From positions 1 to 64,000 of IMG/VR virus record IMGVR_UViG_3300047325_000130: DNA of 64,000 bases; one strand, 5' to 3'. This document shows, piece by piece, positions 43,958 to 52,945 of the stretch; within the stretch, counting starts at the first letter, position 1; each line of letters starts with the position of its first letter. This stretch comes from a virus. Under the pieces are notes generated by a model that did not search any database, was not told the origin of the DNA, and worked only from the letters and a program-made list of their open reading frames with translations. Position numbers and translations under genes: made by a program.

Positions 43958-44752
43958 ATGAACAACAATGGTAATCTACCAAATGCGTTTCCTGGCGCGC
44001 CAAATTTAAATTTAAATATTCAGGTAAATCAAAACGTACCAACCGGTACATCAACTACATCAGTACCATATATTGGTTATAAATTTCAAAAAGCAGGAAC
44101 AAATGGCAATTTAATTGCAGTTCTACTTGATGAAAGTGGCAGTATGAATTCTTGTAGACATGCAACCATTGCAGGTTTTAATGAGTTTGTATTAGGACAA
44201 AAATCAGTTTCTAATGCCGGTGCTGCATATCTAACTCTTAATAAATTTGATTCACCCAAAATTACAACTGTTTACGCTGACAGAATTATTTCCGAAGTAC
44301 CAGAATTAACAACATCAACTTATACACCAAACGGTGGTACTAATTTGTATGATGGTATTGGTTATACTATCGAACAAGTAAATAATGCACTTGCAAAAAT
44401 CCCAGAAGATTCTCGTCCAGGTGTAACAATTGTTATTACAACTGATGGACAAGAGAATTCTAGCAATAAATTTACCAGCGCAAAAATTAAAGAAATGGTT
44501 GCTGCTACTGAAGAAGCTGGGTGGAGCTACCTATTTTTAGCTGCTAACCTGGATTCATTTGCAGTTGGGTCTGCATTCGGTATGAATGCAATGAATTCTG
44601 TTAATTATAGCACATCTAAAATGGGTGCAACAATGACTGCATTAAATTCTACTGTAACTAAAATGAGAGTAGCAAAAACAGCTGGTTTAGGTACTGAAGC
44701 AGTATATGCATCTGCTATGTTTACTGACCAAGAACGCAATGATATAGTTTAA
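43958..44752 (+). CDS. von Willebrand factor A (vWA) domain protein
   Basis: MIDAS motif LLDESGSM, TNLYD, ITTDGQEN; ATG 43958 has the RBS. Confidence 0.85.
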   Translation: MNNNGNLPNAFPGAPNLNLNIQVNQNVPTGTSTTSVPYIGYKFQKAGTNGNLIAVLLDESGSMNSCRHATIAGFNEFVLGQKSVSNAGAAYLTLNKFDSPKITTVYADRIISEVPELTTSTYTPNGGTNLYDGIGYTIEQVNNALAKIPEDSRPGVTIVITTDGQENSSNKFTSAKIKEMVAATEEAGWSYLFLAANLDSFAVGSAFGMNAMNSVNYSTSKMGATMTALNSTVTKMRVAKTAGLGTEAVYASAMFTDQERNDIV

Positions 44753-44763
44753 GGAGAAGAAAC

Positions 44764-45561
44764 ATGCAAAGTTCAGATACACTTTACTCACTACAAGTAC
44801 GACCAAATGGTCGTACTATAGCAGACGAATATTTACATCAAAATGCAACATGGATAGAAGGAAGAGATGGGTCAAAATATGATGTCATTATCGGAAATAA
44901 AAGCTCTACCAAAGCGTTATTCATTGTTGCGATCGATGGGTTAGATGTAATAGAAGGCAAACCAGCAGGAACTCAAAGTCAGGGTTATGTTGTTAATCCT
45001 TATAGTACCGTAACTATTCCTGGCTGGAAACTTAATAATCAAGAAGCTGCTGAATTTTATTTCAGCAGGAAATCTGAAAGTTATGTAAATGCAATAGGCG
45101 GCAATACTGCAAATACTGGCGTTATTGGTGCAATGATATTTCGTGAGAAGCAACAACAAACCATTTGGCCTTTTCTCATGAATGGTTATCCTTATTCAAC
45201 AGGAACAGCAGCTAACCCAGGTATATGGCGTTCTTATTCTAATCAAGTAGGATCGGGTGTAAGTTTAAATCAATCTTGTGTTGCTAACTCAATTGCATCA
45301 ATAAGTGCAAATAATGCAGTAACACAAGACGTTGGTACTGGTTTTGGTGAGGCAACAGGATTTAATACTTCTCAAGTATCATTTATCAGAGAGGATGAAA
45401 ATAATCCAACTGCTATTTTAGCAATGTACTACAATACAGCTAAAAACTTGCAGAAAATGGGAATACAATTACGTTCTAAAAACAACGTAGGATATAGTCC
45501 TAATCCTTTCCCGGCGGTTACCGGAACAGGGTGTGTTCCTCCAACAGACTGGGTTAAATAA
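44764..45561 (+). CDS. Hypothetical protein cotranscribed with vWA
   Basis: AAGGAG RBS; AIDGLDVI.GK.A...GYVV.P..V.I.GW and NTGVIG motifs. Confidence 0.75.
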   Translation: MQSSDTLYSLQVRPNGRTIADEYLHQNATWIEGRDGSKYDVIIGNKSSTKALFIVAIDGLDVIEGKPAGTQSQGYVVNPYSTVTIPGWKLNNQEAAEFYFSRKSESYVNAIGGNTANTGVIGAMIFREKQQQTIWPFLMNGYPYSTGTAANPGIWRSYSNQVGSGVSLNQSCVANSIASISANNAVTQDVGTGFGEATGFNTSQVSFIREDENNPTAILAMYYNTAKNLQKMGIQLRSKNNVGYSPNPFPAVTGTGCVPPTDWVK

Positions 45562-45570
45562 CCTTTGTAT

Positions 45571-45599
45571 AGAAAGGGTCTTTTAAGACCCTTTCTTCT
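45571..45599 (+). terminator. Intrinsic terminator
   Basis: AGAAAGGGTCTT-TT-AAGACCCTTTCT. Confidence 0.8.
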
Positions 45600-45622
45600 T
45601 GAATAGTTATTATATTATTAAT

Positions 45623-46013
45623 ATGAAAATCATAATAACATCGCATGATGAAGCTGCAATACATAAATTAAATGCAAATTATATTCTTAGTTTGACAGAA
45701 TATCGACCACTATTTTATAGTGGCGGAGAGCTTATAGACAACGCAGATTGTCTTGCTCCAAATCGAAACTTTGATTGTTCATTGTCACGCAGGTGTCAGT
45801 CGTAGTACCGCAATATCTGTTGCAATTTTAATTCAGGATGGAATGACATACGAAGATGCATTCCATTATGTGATTACAATAAGAAATTCCGCATACCCTA
45901 ATAAAAAATTAGTCGAATTAACTGATAAGCATTTTGGGCTAAACAGCAATTACATTAAGTTTTACAATAAATGGTTGAATACAAATCAAACTGATAAATT
46001 GATCTTGTCATAA
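45623..46013 (+). pseudogene. Tyrosine/dual-specificity phosphatase, frameshifted
   Basis: CX5R motif IVHCHAGVSRS lies in a different frame from the N-terminal MKIIIT...DCLAP; junction at ~45765. Confidence 0.7.
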
Positions 46014-46034
46014 ACCCACTCCGAGTCGAAGTAA

Positions 46035-47033
46035 TTAAACAGCAAATCCATTATGTATAAAACAAGCTATTTGCGTAGAGCTTAATACCGTAAAAGATAA
46101 AATATCAATTGAATTTGATGCTGTACTTAAAATTGGAGTTATCCCACCAGGAAATAGCCAATTTGATCCAAAGGATATAGTCCTATGTCCTGTTGCATCT
46201 TGGGTACAAACTATTTGTCCTGAATTTCCTACGGTAACAGATGTCGGATTCAGTAATGTTACGTTTCCTGTTAAAGTAAAAAAGAAATTACTTGTGTTTG
46301 ATAAATTTAATGATATATTTGATGATGCAGTAATAACATTTGGAACAAGTATACTAGTTGATGCAATAACATTAGATGCATTTACGGTATTAGTTACATT
46401 AACATTCCCACTAAATTGCCCATTAAATGCATTAACAACAAAATTGCCATTTGTAGTAAACGTAACATTTTGTTGAGTCTGAGTGTTACCTGTATAGGTA
46501 AGACCTTGGCTTTCAGCGTCTTCTATATCAAAATTTATATTTCCTGCTTGGAAATATATTCCCGCGCCCGGCAAACTACCAGCGCCAATTTCAACTTCCG
46601 AATAACCAGAATAGATATATTGATCGCCATCTGAACCAGCCCAATAGAATTGACTTGGACTCATAGTTAACATAGTTGTTGTATTTACAAATGAACTACC
46701 TGAGAAATTTTGTGTGCTTACTACCAATCCGTTTGGACCAGTAGTGATAACGCCATTTAGATTTGTGCTATCAGACGAATAAAAAGTTTCAGCTGAATTT
46801 GGAGTGGTTGTTGAACCAATTGCAGGTAGTGATGATGCAGTAAAAAAATTGGGTAACGATACATTGCTCCCGCCATTACTACCAACCACTATACCACCTG
46901 GGGTAATTCCGTCATGAAGTGACAAAGTATTGTTCAATGGATTGATAATTAAAGTTCCATTCTCAGCGACATATGTATTGCCGTTTTCATATATTCTTTT
47001 AGTTACTACTTTATCTACCATATTTTTTACCAA
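46035..47033 (-). CDS. Short fibre protein with QDATGxRTI adaptor domain
   Basis: N-terminal GTL.IN...NTL.LHDGITPGG motif; C-terminus homologous to that of 16870..20619; TAAATA at 47046-47051. Confidence 0.75.
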   Translation of the reverse strand: MVKNMVDKVVTKRIYENGNTYVAENGTLIINPLNNTLSLHDGITPGGIVVGSNGGSNVSLPNFFTASSLPAIGSTTTPNSAETFYSSDSTNLNGVITTGPNGLVVSTQNFSGSSFVNTTTMLTMSPSQFYWAGSDGDQYIYSGYSEVEIGAGSLPGAGIYFQAGNINFDIEDAESQGLTYTGNTQTQQNVTFTTNGNFVVNAFNGQFSGNVNVTNTVNASNVIASTSILVPNVITASSNISLNLSNTSNFFFTLTGNVTLLNPTSVTVGNSGQIVCTQDATGHRTISFGSNWLFPGGITPILSTASNSIDILSFTVLSSTQIACFIHNGFAV

Positions 47034-47647
47034 TTAATTTTAAACTATTTATTTGAATTTGTGACTTAATGATGAAAGGTGTAAACACCTAATTCACTAT
47101 TCGTTTTTCGATAAATCTCAAACTCATACGTTCATTAATTTAGATATAACGATAGTTTTCTTTTTCTTTTTGATATGGAATGGTAGCCATAAGATCCCCG
47201 TTGCCGGGAAATCTTATTTTGTTGGACGTATAGCCTTGGTAATCATATTGTTCATGTGTTCTCTGGCGGTTGTCCGGTACCAGATATCTTATATAAGAAA
47301 ATCATTATTACATGATGCCATATAAGAAATATGTGCTTAGATCTGAGATAAACTCAACAGCGGCAAAATAAACAACATTACCAACAAGTTGTTTATTCCT
47401 GAACAGTGTCATGTCTGACAAGTTCCTTTTGTTTTGAAAATTAAATTTCTTTCGGTTGCGTCATAAGGTGATACATATTGTCCCTTATTGTCCTTCGAGC
47501 TGTCGACAGCCATTCGTGCTTTTTTCGCTTCGCACAATGCATGATTTAATAGTCTAATAAATGTTCTCATCGATCGCAATATCAAAACTAGCAATTGATC
47601 GAATGAAAAAACATTATATCGAGCTTTAATGATAAATAGAATTGAAT

Positions 47648-47842
47648 ATGAAGGCGGCTGCAAATGCAGCATTTGGCGAGATTGCACAATTGTATGAAGA
47701 TGAACAATATAAAATATTGAAGTTATCTGGCATTAAAACTACCGCTTCTGTTGGTGATGTTTCATTGTCTGATAAAGATATTGAAAAAGCTGTATATGCT
47801 CATGCCAGGTTAGAAGCTGCTAGATTAGTTGGTAGCAGATGA
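47648..47842 (+). CDS. Small hypothetical late protein
   Basis: TAAATA at 47633; terminator downstream. Confidence 0.55.
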   Translation: MKAAANAAFGEIAQLYEDEQYKILKLSGIKTTASVGDVSLSDKDIEKAVYAHARLEAARLVGSR

Positions 47843-47880
47843 TATTGGTATAACTATGATCAAAACTTTTGAATTTTAAA

Positions 47881-47914
47881 TAGGATAGGGATACCCATTG
47901 GGTATTCCTATCTA
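47881..47914. terminator. Bidirectional terminator
   Basis: GATAGGGATACCCA-T-TGGGTATTCCTATC hairpin between convergent genes. Confidence 0.7.
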
Positions 47915-47917
47915 TAG

Positions 47918-48272
47918 CTATTTTGGAAATAAATCTTCTAAGATTTCTGGAACTCGATAATTAATACTACCAAAGGCAAGAGCGATCGCTAATATTAGAG
48001 ATTCTGCTTCTTGTTTGGTTAACGGACCTTTGGTAGCCGGCAATAATGCCGCACGCAAAATATCTTCAGCATACTTTGAAGCAGATATTGTAGCGTGTGC
48101 TATATCCTGAAATTTGCCGTAAGTAACTTTGTTGGCTTCGCGTTTTGCGCGTTTTACTAGTTCGGGCTCACATTCTTTACATAGGCGGGGAAAGCCTTGT
48201 CCACCTTCAAGCAAGTTGCCGGCATTGCTCGCACATATCGCCATTCAAAACCATGTCAGAATATTCGCCCAT
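47918..48272 (-). pseudogene. Zn-binding phage protein (MGEYSDM...CxxC...CxxC) with +1 frameshift
   Basis: CAGGAG RBS then MGEYSDMVLNGDMCEQC. An extra C at ~48220 separates this from GNLL..GFPRLCKEC. Confidence 0.65.
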
Positions 48273-48310
48273 TTTACTCTCCTGCCCTATATCATCTAAT
48301 ATCATTTCAA

Positions 48311-48346
48311 AAAGAAATAGTAGGGGTAACCCTACTATTTCTTTCT
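48311..48346 (-). terminator. Terminator of the NAD operon
   Basis: AAGAAATAGTAGGG-GTAA-CCCTACTATTTCTT perfect hairpin. Confidence 0.85.
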
Positions 48347-48352
48347 TGACCG

Positions 48353-49738
48353 TTATACTTGATTAGATCTGGCTCTAACTTCTGCAAAGGTGTGGTCGAC
48401 AAGCAATTCGCCGTTCTTCCAAACCGGCTGCAAGATATCTGCTGCACCGTTCATATCTTCGATCTTGACAGTCTCATACTTATCGTTTTTGCGGATTAAT
48501 GCAAGACGACCCTTTTTGCTGGTCTTACCAGGATCAGTAATCGGGTTCTTAAAGATATCCCGCCATTCACCTTCAATACAAATTGCACTTGCCTTCTGAG
48601 CAAATCTTAGAGTATCTCGATTTACCATTTGGGTAAGTCCGCCGCCCATACCGAGAGCAAGGTTATCGGTAGAGTAGCCCGCATCGTTTAGGTTTTTTAA
48701 AATTACCGGAATGCTTTCTGCTGTAATACCATCACCTTGGATACAACGAACATGGTTAAGTACTTTGTAACCTTTCTTGTTTACAACAGATCCAAACTTG
48801 GCATCTAGTTTGGTAATAACCTCTGTCGGGACAGTATTTGGATCGCCGGAGTCTGGACGTACAACAAGAAGTGCGCCGCTTTCAACAATCTCGGTCTTCA
48901 AACGCTCGCCCCAAATATAATCAATAGCATTCCAAAGGTCGTATGTATCAGACACACATGCTAGCAATGCACCAGGTTTTGCGAATTGATTTAGCATGTT
49001 TTTAAATGCATCAAATTCGCCGTTTCGGCCATAGCTACTAATTGTGCTATGTTCGGAAGCTGGGATAGAAAATCCAGGCATCTCTCCGCCATAGAAGTTC
49101 ATTGCGTACAACAAACCTTCAACAGTATCAGATCCCATGAAGTTTACTAAATGTGCTGCACCACCGATTCCTGCAGACTCGCTACTGGAAACACCACGAG
49201 CACTAAAATCGTGAAGTTTGAAGGCAATCTGCCCTTCTGGATCATCACTGGTTAGCTGCAAACTTTTCATTATCGCTTGTTTGCAAGTCCAACTATTGGT
49301 TGCAACCGTAGTTGGAAACCATACTGCACGCAAAATTGCAGTTTCCATAAAGCTCACTAACCAAGCAAATCCTGGTTCGGTATTAGTGATTTGTACTAAT
49401 ACATTATGACCCGGTATAATAGTACCTTCGGGTACTGCTGTAATAAGCAATGGTAGCTTACCGTTAAGACGTACTGCAATATCCATCCAGCCATCGTAGT
49501 CGAAAATACCCGGACCCATATGACTATCGACAATAAGTTTTGCTTCTTCAACGTCGGCGACCGTAATCGGTGCCATACCTTTTAAAAACATCTGCAGGCC
49601 AAAGAATACAGTGCGGTCCCATTTGCCGCCTCGACTTTCAATATAAGCGGATAGATATTCGGACTTGTTAGGGTACTGCTTGTGATGAGAATATTTGTAA
49701 GAATCTGTCTTCAGAATTGTGTTCTTTAAATTATACAT
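48353..49738 (-). CDS. nadV: Nicotinamide phosphoribosyltransferase (NAMPT)
   Basis: TDSYKYSH, LHDFSARG, IPASEHS, VSDTYD, RPDSGDP, QGDG, K.SKKG motifs. Confidence 0.95.
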   Translation of the reverse strand: MYNLKNTILKTDSYKYSHHKQYPNKSEYLSAYIESRGGKWDRTVFFGLQMFLKGMAPITVADVEEAKLIVDSHMGPGIFDYDGWMDIAVRLNGKLPLLITAVPEGTIIPGHNVLVQITNTEPGFAWLVSFMETAILRAVWFPTTVATNSWTCKQAIMKSLQLTSDDPEGQIAFKLHDFSARGVSSSESAGIGGAAHLVNFMGSDTVEGLLYAMNFYGGEMPGFSIPASEHSTISSYGRNGEFDAFKNMLNQFAKPGALLACVSDTYDLWNAIDYIWGERLKTEIVESGALLVVRPDSGDPNTVPTEVITKLDAKFGSVVNKKGYKVLNHVRCIQGDGITAESIPVILKNLNDAGYSTDNLALGMGGGLTQMVNRDTLRFAQKASAICIEGEWRDIFKNPITDPGKTSKKGRLALIRKNDKYETVKIEDMNGAADILQPVWKNGELLVDHTFAEVRARSNQV

Positions 49739-49739
49739 T

Positions 49740-49784
49740 GCAAAAACTCCTTTTGCGGGTTTATCTTAAGGTCTATCCTTAAGA
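49740..49784 (-). promoter_or_regulatory. Twin-hairpin translational element before NAMPT
   Basis: UCUUAAGG-AUAGA-CCUUAAGA, then GCAAAA-GGAGU-UUUUGC containing the SD. Confidence 0.6.
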
Positions 49785-50876
49785 ATTTATAAAATATTTG
49801 ATTATATCCATATGGTCTTCGAACATCATATCTCGACGAACTTTATGGATAGGAAACCATTTGGCCTTTTCAGCATCATCGCCACCTTTTACGCGAACTA
49901 AGTTTACTTCGTTTGGCAGCTTGATATGAAATGCATGAGTAATAGTTCTACCTCTGGCACTTCGATTTGGCGAATCAAACACGCATTGATTTACAATGCT
50001 TCCACGTAAAACTGGTTCGGGTAATTTAATTGCGGTTTCTTCTCGCAATTCACGCATTGCTGCATCAATAATCCATTCATCCTTATTGATAAATCCTCCG
50101 GGAAGGGCATAAAGTCCTCTGCCCGGAACAGCACGCCGCTTGATAAGTAGAATATGTCCAGACTGTTCTACCAAACAGTCAACAGTTACAAATGTTGGCG
50201 GATAAGGAGAATTAATCCACTGCCGATGATAATCGGTAATGTGTTCATACTCTTCTACAATATATTTGTATCCCTCAGTCTTCATAAACTTTGTGAGAAA
50301 TTCCTTAACACCGGTTGGGATAAGTTTTTGGCAATCCTTATCACCTACATTATGTCCATCAGCGTCTTTTAACCAAAGGTCGCCAATATTGGAGAAATAT
50401 GCCTGACGCATCGGCGTACTGCTGAGTCCGGTTGTATCAGGGACTTCGATATTATCTCCCCATTGCGGGAAGAGTTTTAGGTAATAGCTAGTATGGTCTT
50501 TGCTATGTCCAATAAGAGAAATTTTTGGAAAATTAATCTCATTTTCGCGTTGGTTGTAGATTTTATTGACCGTTTCGTCTACCACTCTTTGAACGGAAGT
50601 AATCCATCCGGTATCATCATATGCGGTATCCTCAACTACTGCAAAATGCACACGATCAAGCTCATCACTACAAAGAGATGATTCAATCATCTTAATTCGT
50701 TCGATTGTGGAAAAAGGATTACGATGGCCTCGTGGCATATTTGCCGAGCCGATGATAATCAATAAATTGTCTGCTTTTTCTAGTGCTCGATGTACAACGC
50801 CGAGATGACCTAAGTGAAAAATTTGAAATCTGCCCATAAACACAGCCAGATCGATAATTTTAACTCGTTTGCTCAT
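49779..50876 (-). CDS. nadM: Bifunctional NMN adenylyltransferase / Nudix ADP-ribose hydrolase (NadM-Nudix, KVP40 NatV-like)
   Basis: GRFQIFHLGH, RNPFS, SST; Nudix box PGG...E....AAMRELREET; GGDDA. Confidence 0.95.
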   Translation of the reverse strand: MSKRVKIIDLAVFMGRFQIFHLGHLGVVHRALEKADNLLIIIGSANMPRGHRNPFSTIERIKMIESSLCSDELDRVHFAVVEDTAYDDTGWITSVQRVVDETVNKIYNQRENEINFPKISLIGHSKDHTSYYLKLFPQWGDNIEVPDTTGLSSTPMRQAYFSNIGDLWLKDADGHNVGDKDCQKLIPTGVKEFLTKFMKTEGYKYIVEEYEHITDYHRQWINSPYPPTFVTVDCLVEQSGHILLIKRRAVPGRGLYALPGGFINKDEWIIDAAMRELREETAIKLPEPVLRGSIVNQCVFDSPNRSARGRTITHAFHIKLPNEVNLVRVKGGDDAEKAKWFPIHKVRRDMMFEDHMDIIKYFINS

Positions 50877-50879
50877 TGT

Positions 50880-50935
50880 AATAGTGCTCCACTATTGATG
50901 TCTAAGAAAGTCTATCTTTCTATGTTGTATTTATA
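50880..50935 (-). promoter_or_regulatory. Late promoter plus twin-hairpin element before NadM-Nudix
   Basis: TATAAATA (50935-50928); AGAAAG-AUAGA-CUUUCU; AAUAGUG-GAG-CACUAUU containing the SD. Confidence 0.6.
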
Positions 50936-51000
50936 GTATCATGTAGCATTAAATGCAAATATAATAAAAAATTATTTTATCTGATTTGATCTGCCTCGGG

Positions 51001-51291
51001 CTATGTCAATGCGGGTTCGCGGGGAATTATGGTAATATCACTCCCCTTATAAGGGCCATCCAGAAGAACTGCCCTGTACCAGTTACACATACGGTCGTGA
51101 AATGTTAGAGGCATGACCCGCACCATGCATCCGTCGAGCGTGTCATATTCCGGCCCCAGCGCGAACTCTTTTCCAACATGATCTTCAGAAACGATGGGCT
51201 CTTCTGGCCACGGCAGGGTGTTGTCTAGCCGCCCGTATTTGTCGATCATGATGTTATCTATGGCACACTTCAGGGACTGTATGATGTTCAT
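51001..51291 (-). CDS. Hypothetical protein (GC-rich island)
   Basis: ORF with GC-rich codons; start uncertain. Confidence 0.5.
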   Translation of the reverse strand: MNIIQSLKCAIDNIMIDKYGRLDNTLPWPEEPIVSEDHVGKEFALGPEYDTLDGCMVRVMPLTFHDRMCNWYRAVLLDGPYKGSDITIIPREPALT

Positions 51292-51311
51292 TTGATCTAT
51301 ATAGCTACTAG

Positions 51312-51631
51312 TTAAGAAAATTCGTATGGGCAAAGATCATATGCGCCTTTGCCCGGCGTCGCCTTATCATCGAAGCCTTCATGGCGTCGCCAGTTTTCGC
51401 CGCGACAAGTGATGACCATAAGCATTTCTTCCGGCCTCACCTCACGGTGGTATTCATCAAGGATTTTTGTGCAGGGTTGCGACCAGGAATACCCAATCCG
51501 AAAGCTCTTTGTGGCGGTTATCAACGTAGGGCAAACGCCCATCCCGCGCTGCTTTTGCCAATATGTTCGCTTGTATCGCCGCGCCCGCAACAGTCGCAGA
51601 CGTTTTCGTGTAGATAGTAATTCGTTCCCAT
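51312..51631 (-). pseudogene. MGTNYY/HIGKSS-type phage protein with two frameshifts
   Basis: MGTNYYLHENVCDCCG..HIGKSSAGWAF, VDNRHKELSDW and KILDEY...GAYDLCPYEFS lie in three successive frames; GGAG RBS. Confidence 0.65.
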
Positions 51632-51659
51632 TTTTGGCTCCGGGGGTTAAGTTGAGTGG

Positions 51660-51878
51660 TTAAGGCAGCAGCCATGAATCATCTGAACCGAGACCCATAG
51701 CAATATTTAATTCAGCTTGGATTGCTCGCTCAGCGAAACTTTCGTCATATTCTCTAGTTGTACGTTGAGGCTCTCCATTTCCACCGTGTTTGGCGTTGAT
51801 GTGTTGCTTGCAGTCGTTAATTTGTTTGAAATATTTTCCGCAGCGGGGGCAGGTACAGGTTTTGTCTGTCTGGCTCAT
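51660..51878 (-). CDS. C2H2 zinc-finger protein
   Basis: CPRCGKYF.....CKQHINAKH. Confidence 0.7.
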   Translation of the reverse strand: MSQTDKTCTCPRCGKYFKQINDCKQHINAKHGGNGEPQRTTREYDESFAERAIQAELNIAMGLGSDDSWLLP

Positions 51879-52123
51879 AGGTCGAGGTCTTCCAGGGTGA
51901 GGTTTGGGTGGATGGTGCGGCCAGTTTTGGTGAAGTGGGAGATTTGGTTAGGGGAATAGGTTGGGAAGCTGGGCGTCGCAGACGCATGGGCTGGAGGTGG
52001 TGGGGTGAGGAGTTTGCGGAGTGTGGCCTCCGCTGTGTCGCGTTTGAGGGAAAGTTCTCGGCCGGATGGGAGGGTTACTACCAGCTCGCCTTGGAGGCCG
52101 AGGGAAACGAGGAGGGCAGTCAT
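51875..52123 (-). CDS. Hypothetical protein of foreign (C-rich) composition
   Basis: CAGGAG RBS; C-ending codons; ATGA coupling to the next gene. Confidence 0.65.
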   Translation of the reverse strand: MTALLVSLGLQGELVVTLPSGRELSLKRDTAEATLRKLLTPPPPAHASATPSFPTYSPNQISHFTKTGRTIHPNLTLEDLDL

Positions 52124-52189
52124 TGGGGTTCTCCTGGTTGATGGTCAAGGAGGTTTTGGAGGAGGTTGGCGATATCGAGGGCGGTGACA

Positions 52190-52519
52190 TTATCTAAATA
52201 AAAAATAATTGTTTAATAGCCCATTGATATTGTCGGCACCTGCGTTATTAGCACTATGTACTTTAAATGAAAAATTATCAGGCATGCTGTTTGTATCAAG
52301 GTCAAGATTAACAAGGTACTTAGCAAAATCAAATCCGCTTGGAACATGACCATTTAAATCTTCGCCCAAATCATGATCAAACGAAACTTCAATTGGCCAA
52401 CCGCGAACAGATATCAATGCCACTGCTTCGTTCATAGACCTGCATACTACCCAATTGATGTCATTTGGATATGTCCATTTTGGATCACGAATATCGTCAA
52501 GAAATAAACGGTAAGTCAT
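52190..52519 (-). CDS. Cyclic-phosphate-processing receiver-like domain protein
   Basis: LFLDDIR.P, SFDHDLG, SGFDFAKYL and VHSAN..G motifs; AAGGAG RBS before ATG 52519. Confidence 0.8.
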   Translation of the reverse strand: MTYRLFLDDIRDPKWTYPNDINWVVCRSMNEAVALISVRGWPIEVSFDHDLGEDLNGHVPSGFDFAKYLVNLDLDTNSMPDNFSFKVHSANNAGADNINGLLNNYFLFR

Positions 52520-52520
52520 A

Positions 52521-52640
52521 TTATCTCCTTTTAGTTTTGCCTTGCAATACAACTTTTGCTACAGTAATTACTATAGACAACGTTGCTAATCCTGCTCCAA
52601 TATATGCATAATTAAGAAGTTCTTGAATTGCCGCCGCCAT
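52521..52640 (-). CDS. 39-aa single-TM peptide (below ORF-track cutoff)
   Basis: AAAGGAG RBS; MAAAIQELLNYAYIGAGLATLSIVITVAKVVLQGKTKRR. Confidence 0.6.
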   Translation of the reverse strand: MAAAIQELLNYAYIGAGLATLSIVITVAKVVLQGKTKRR

Positions 52641-52729
52641 TTAATTCTCCTTTAATTTTTTAACATGTTTTTGGTTCAATTGCAAACAAAATACGTCCTG
52701 TATTTTTATTATGTCTGCGACTTTATTTT

Positions 52730-52942
52730 TCACACTTCACCTACATCGTGCAGCAAACGATCTGAGGCTTGAATTTTGTTTTTAGTTACATTTGCGCGCA
52801 TACGAGAAAGGTCATTGCCCAATGATTTGGCTTCGTCTAAATCTTCCGGCTTCAAACGTCCTCCGAGAGCTTTCAAAATAAGACGAAGCTCGGCAGTATC
52901 AACGTTAAGCGACCAAATCTCTTTCATACCAACTTCAGCCAT
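52730..52942 (-). CDS. Hypothetical protein
   Basis: ORF following the upstream gene in operon. Confidence 0.6.
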   Translation of the reverse strand: MAEVGMKEIWSLNVDTAELRLILKALGGRLKPEDLDEAKSLGNDLSRMRANVTKNKIQASDRLLHDVGEV

Positions 52943-52945
52943 TTC

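Noticed and set aside
51717-52190. Plus-strand G-rich ORFs / functional G-quadruplex, and ORF 51948..52190
   Set aside because: The G-richness is explained by C-ending codons of the minus-strand gene, which has a clear RBS. The alternative frames are low-complexity shadows.
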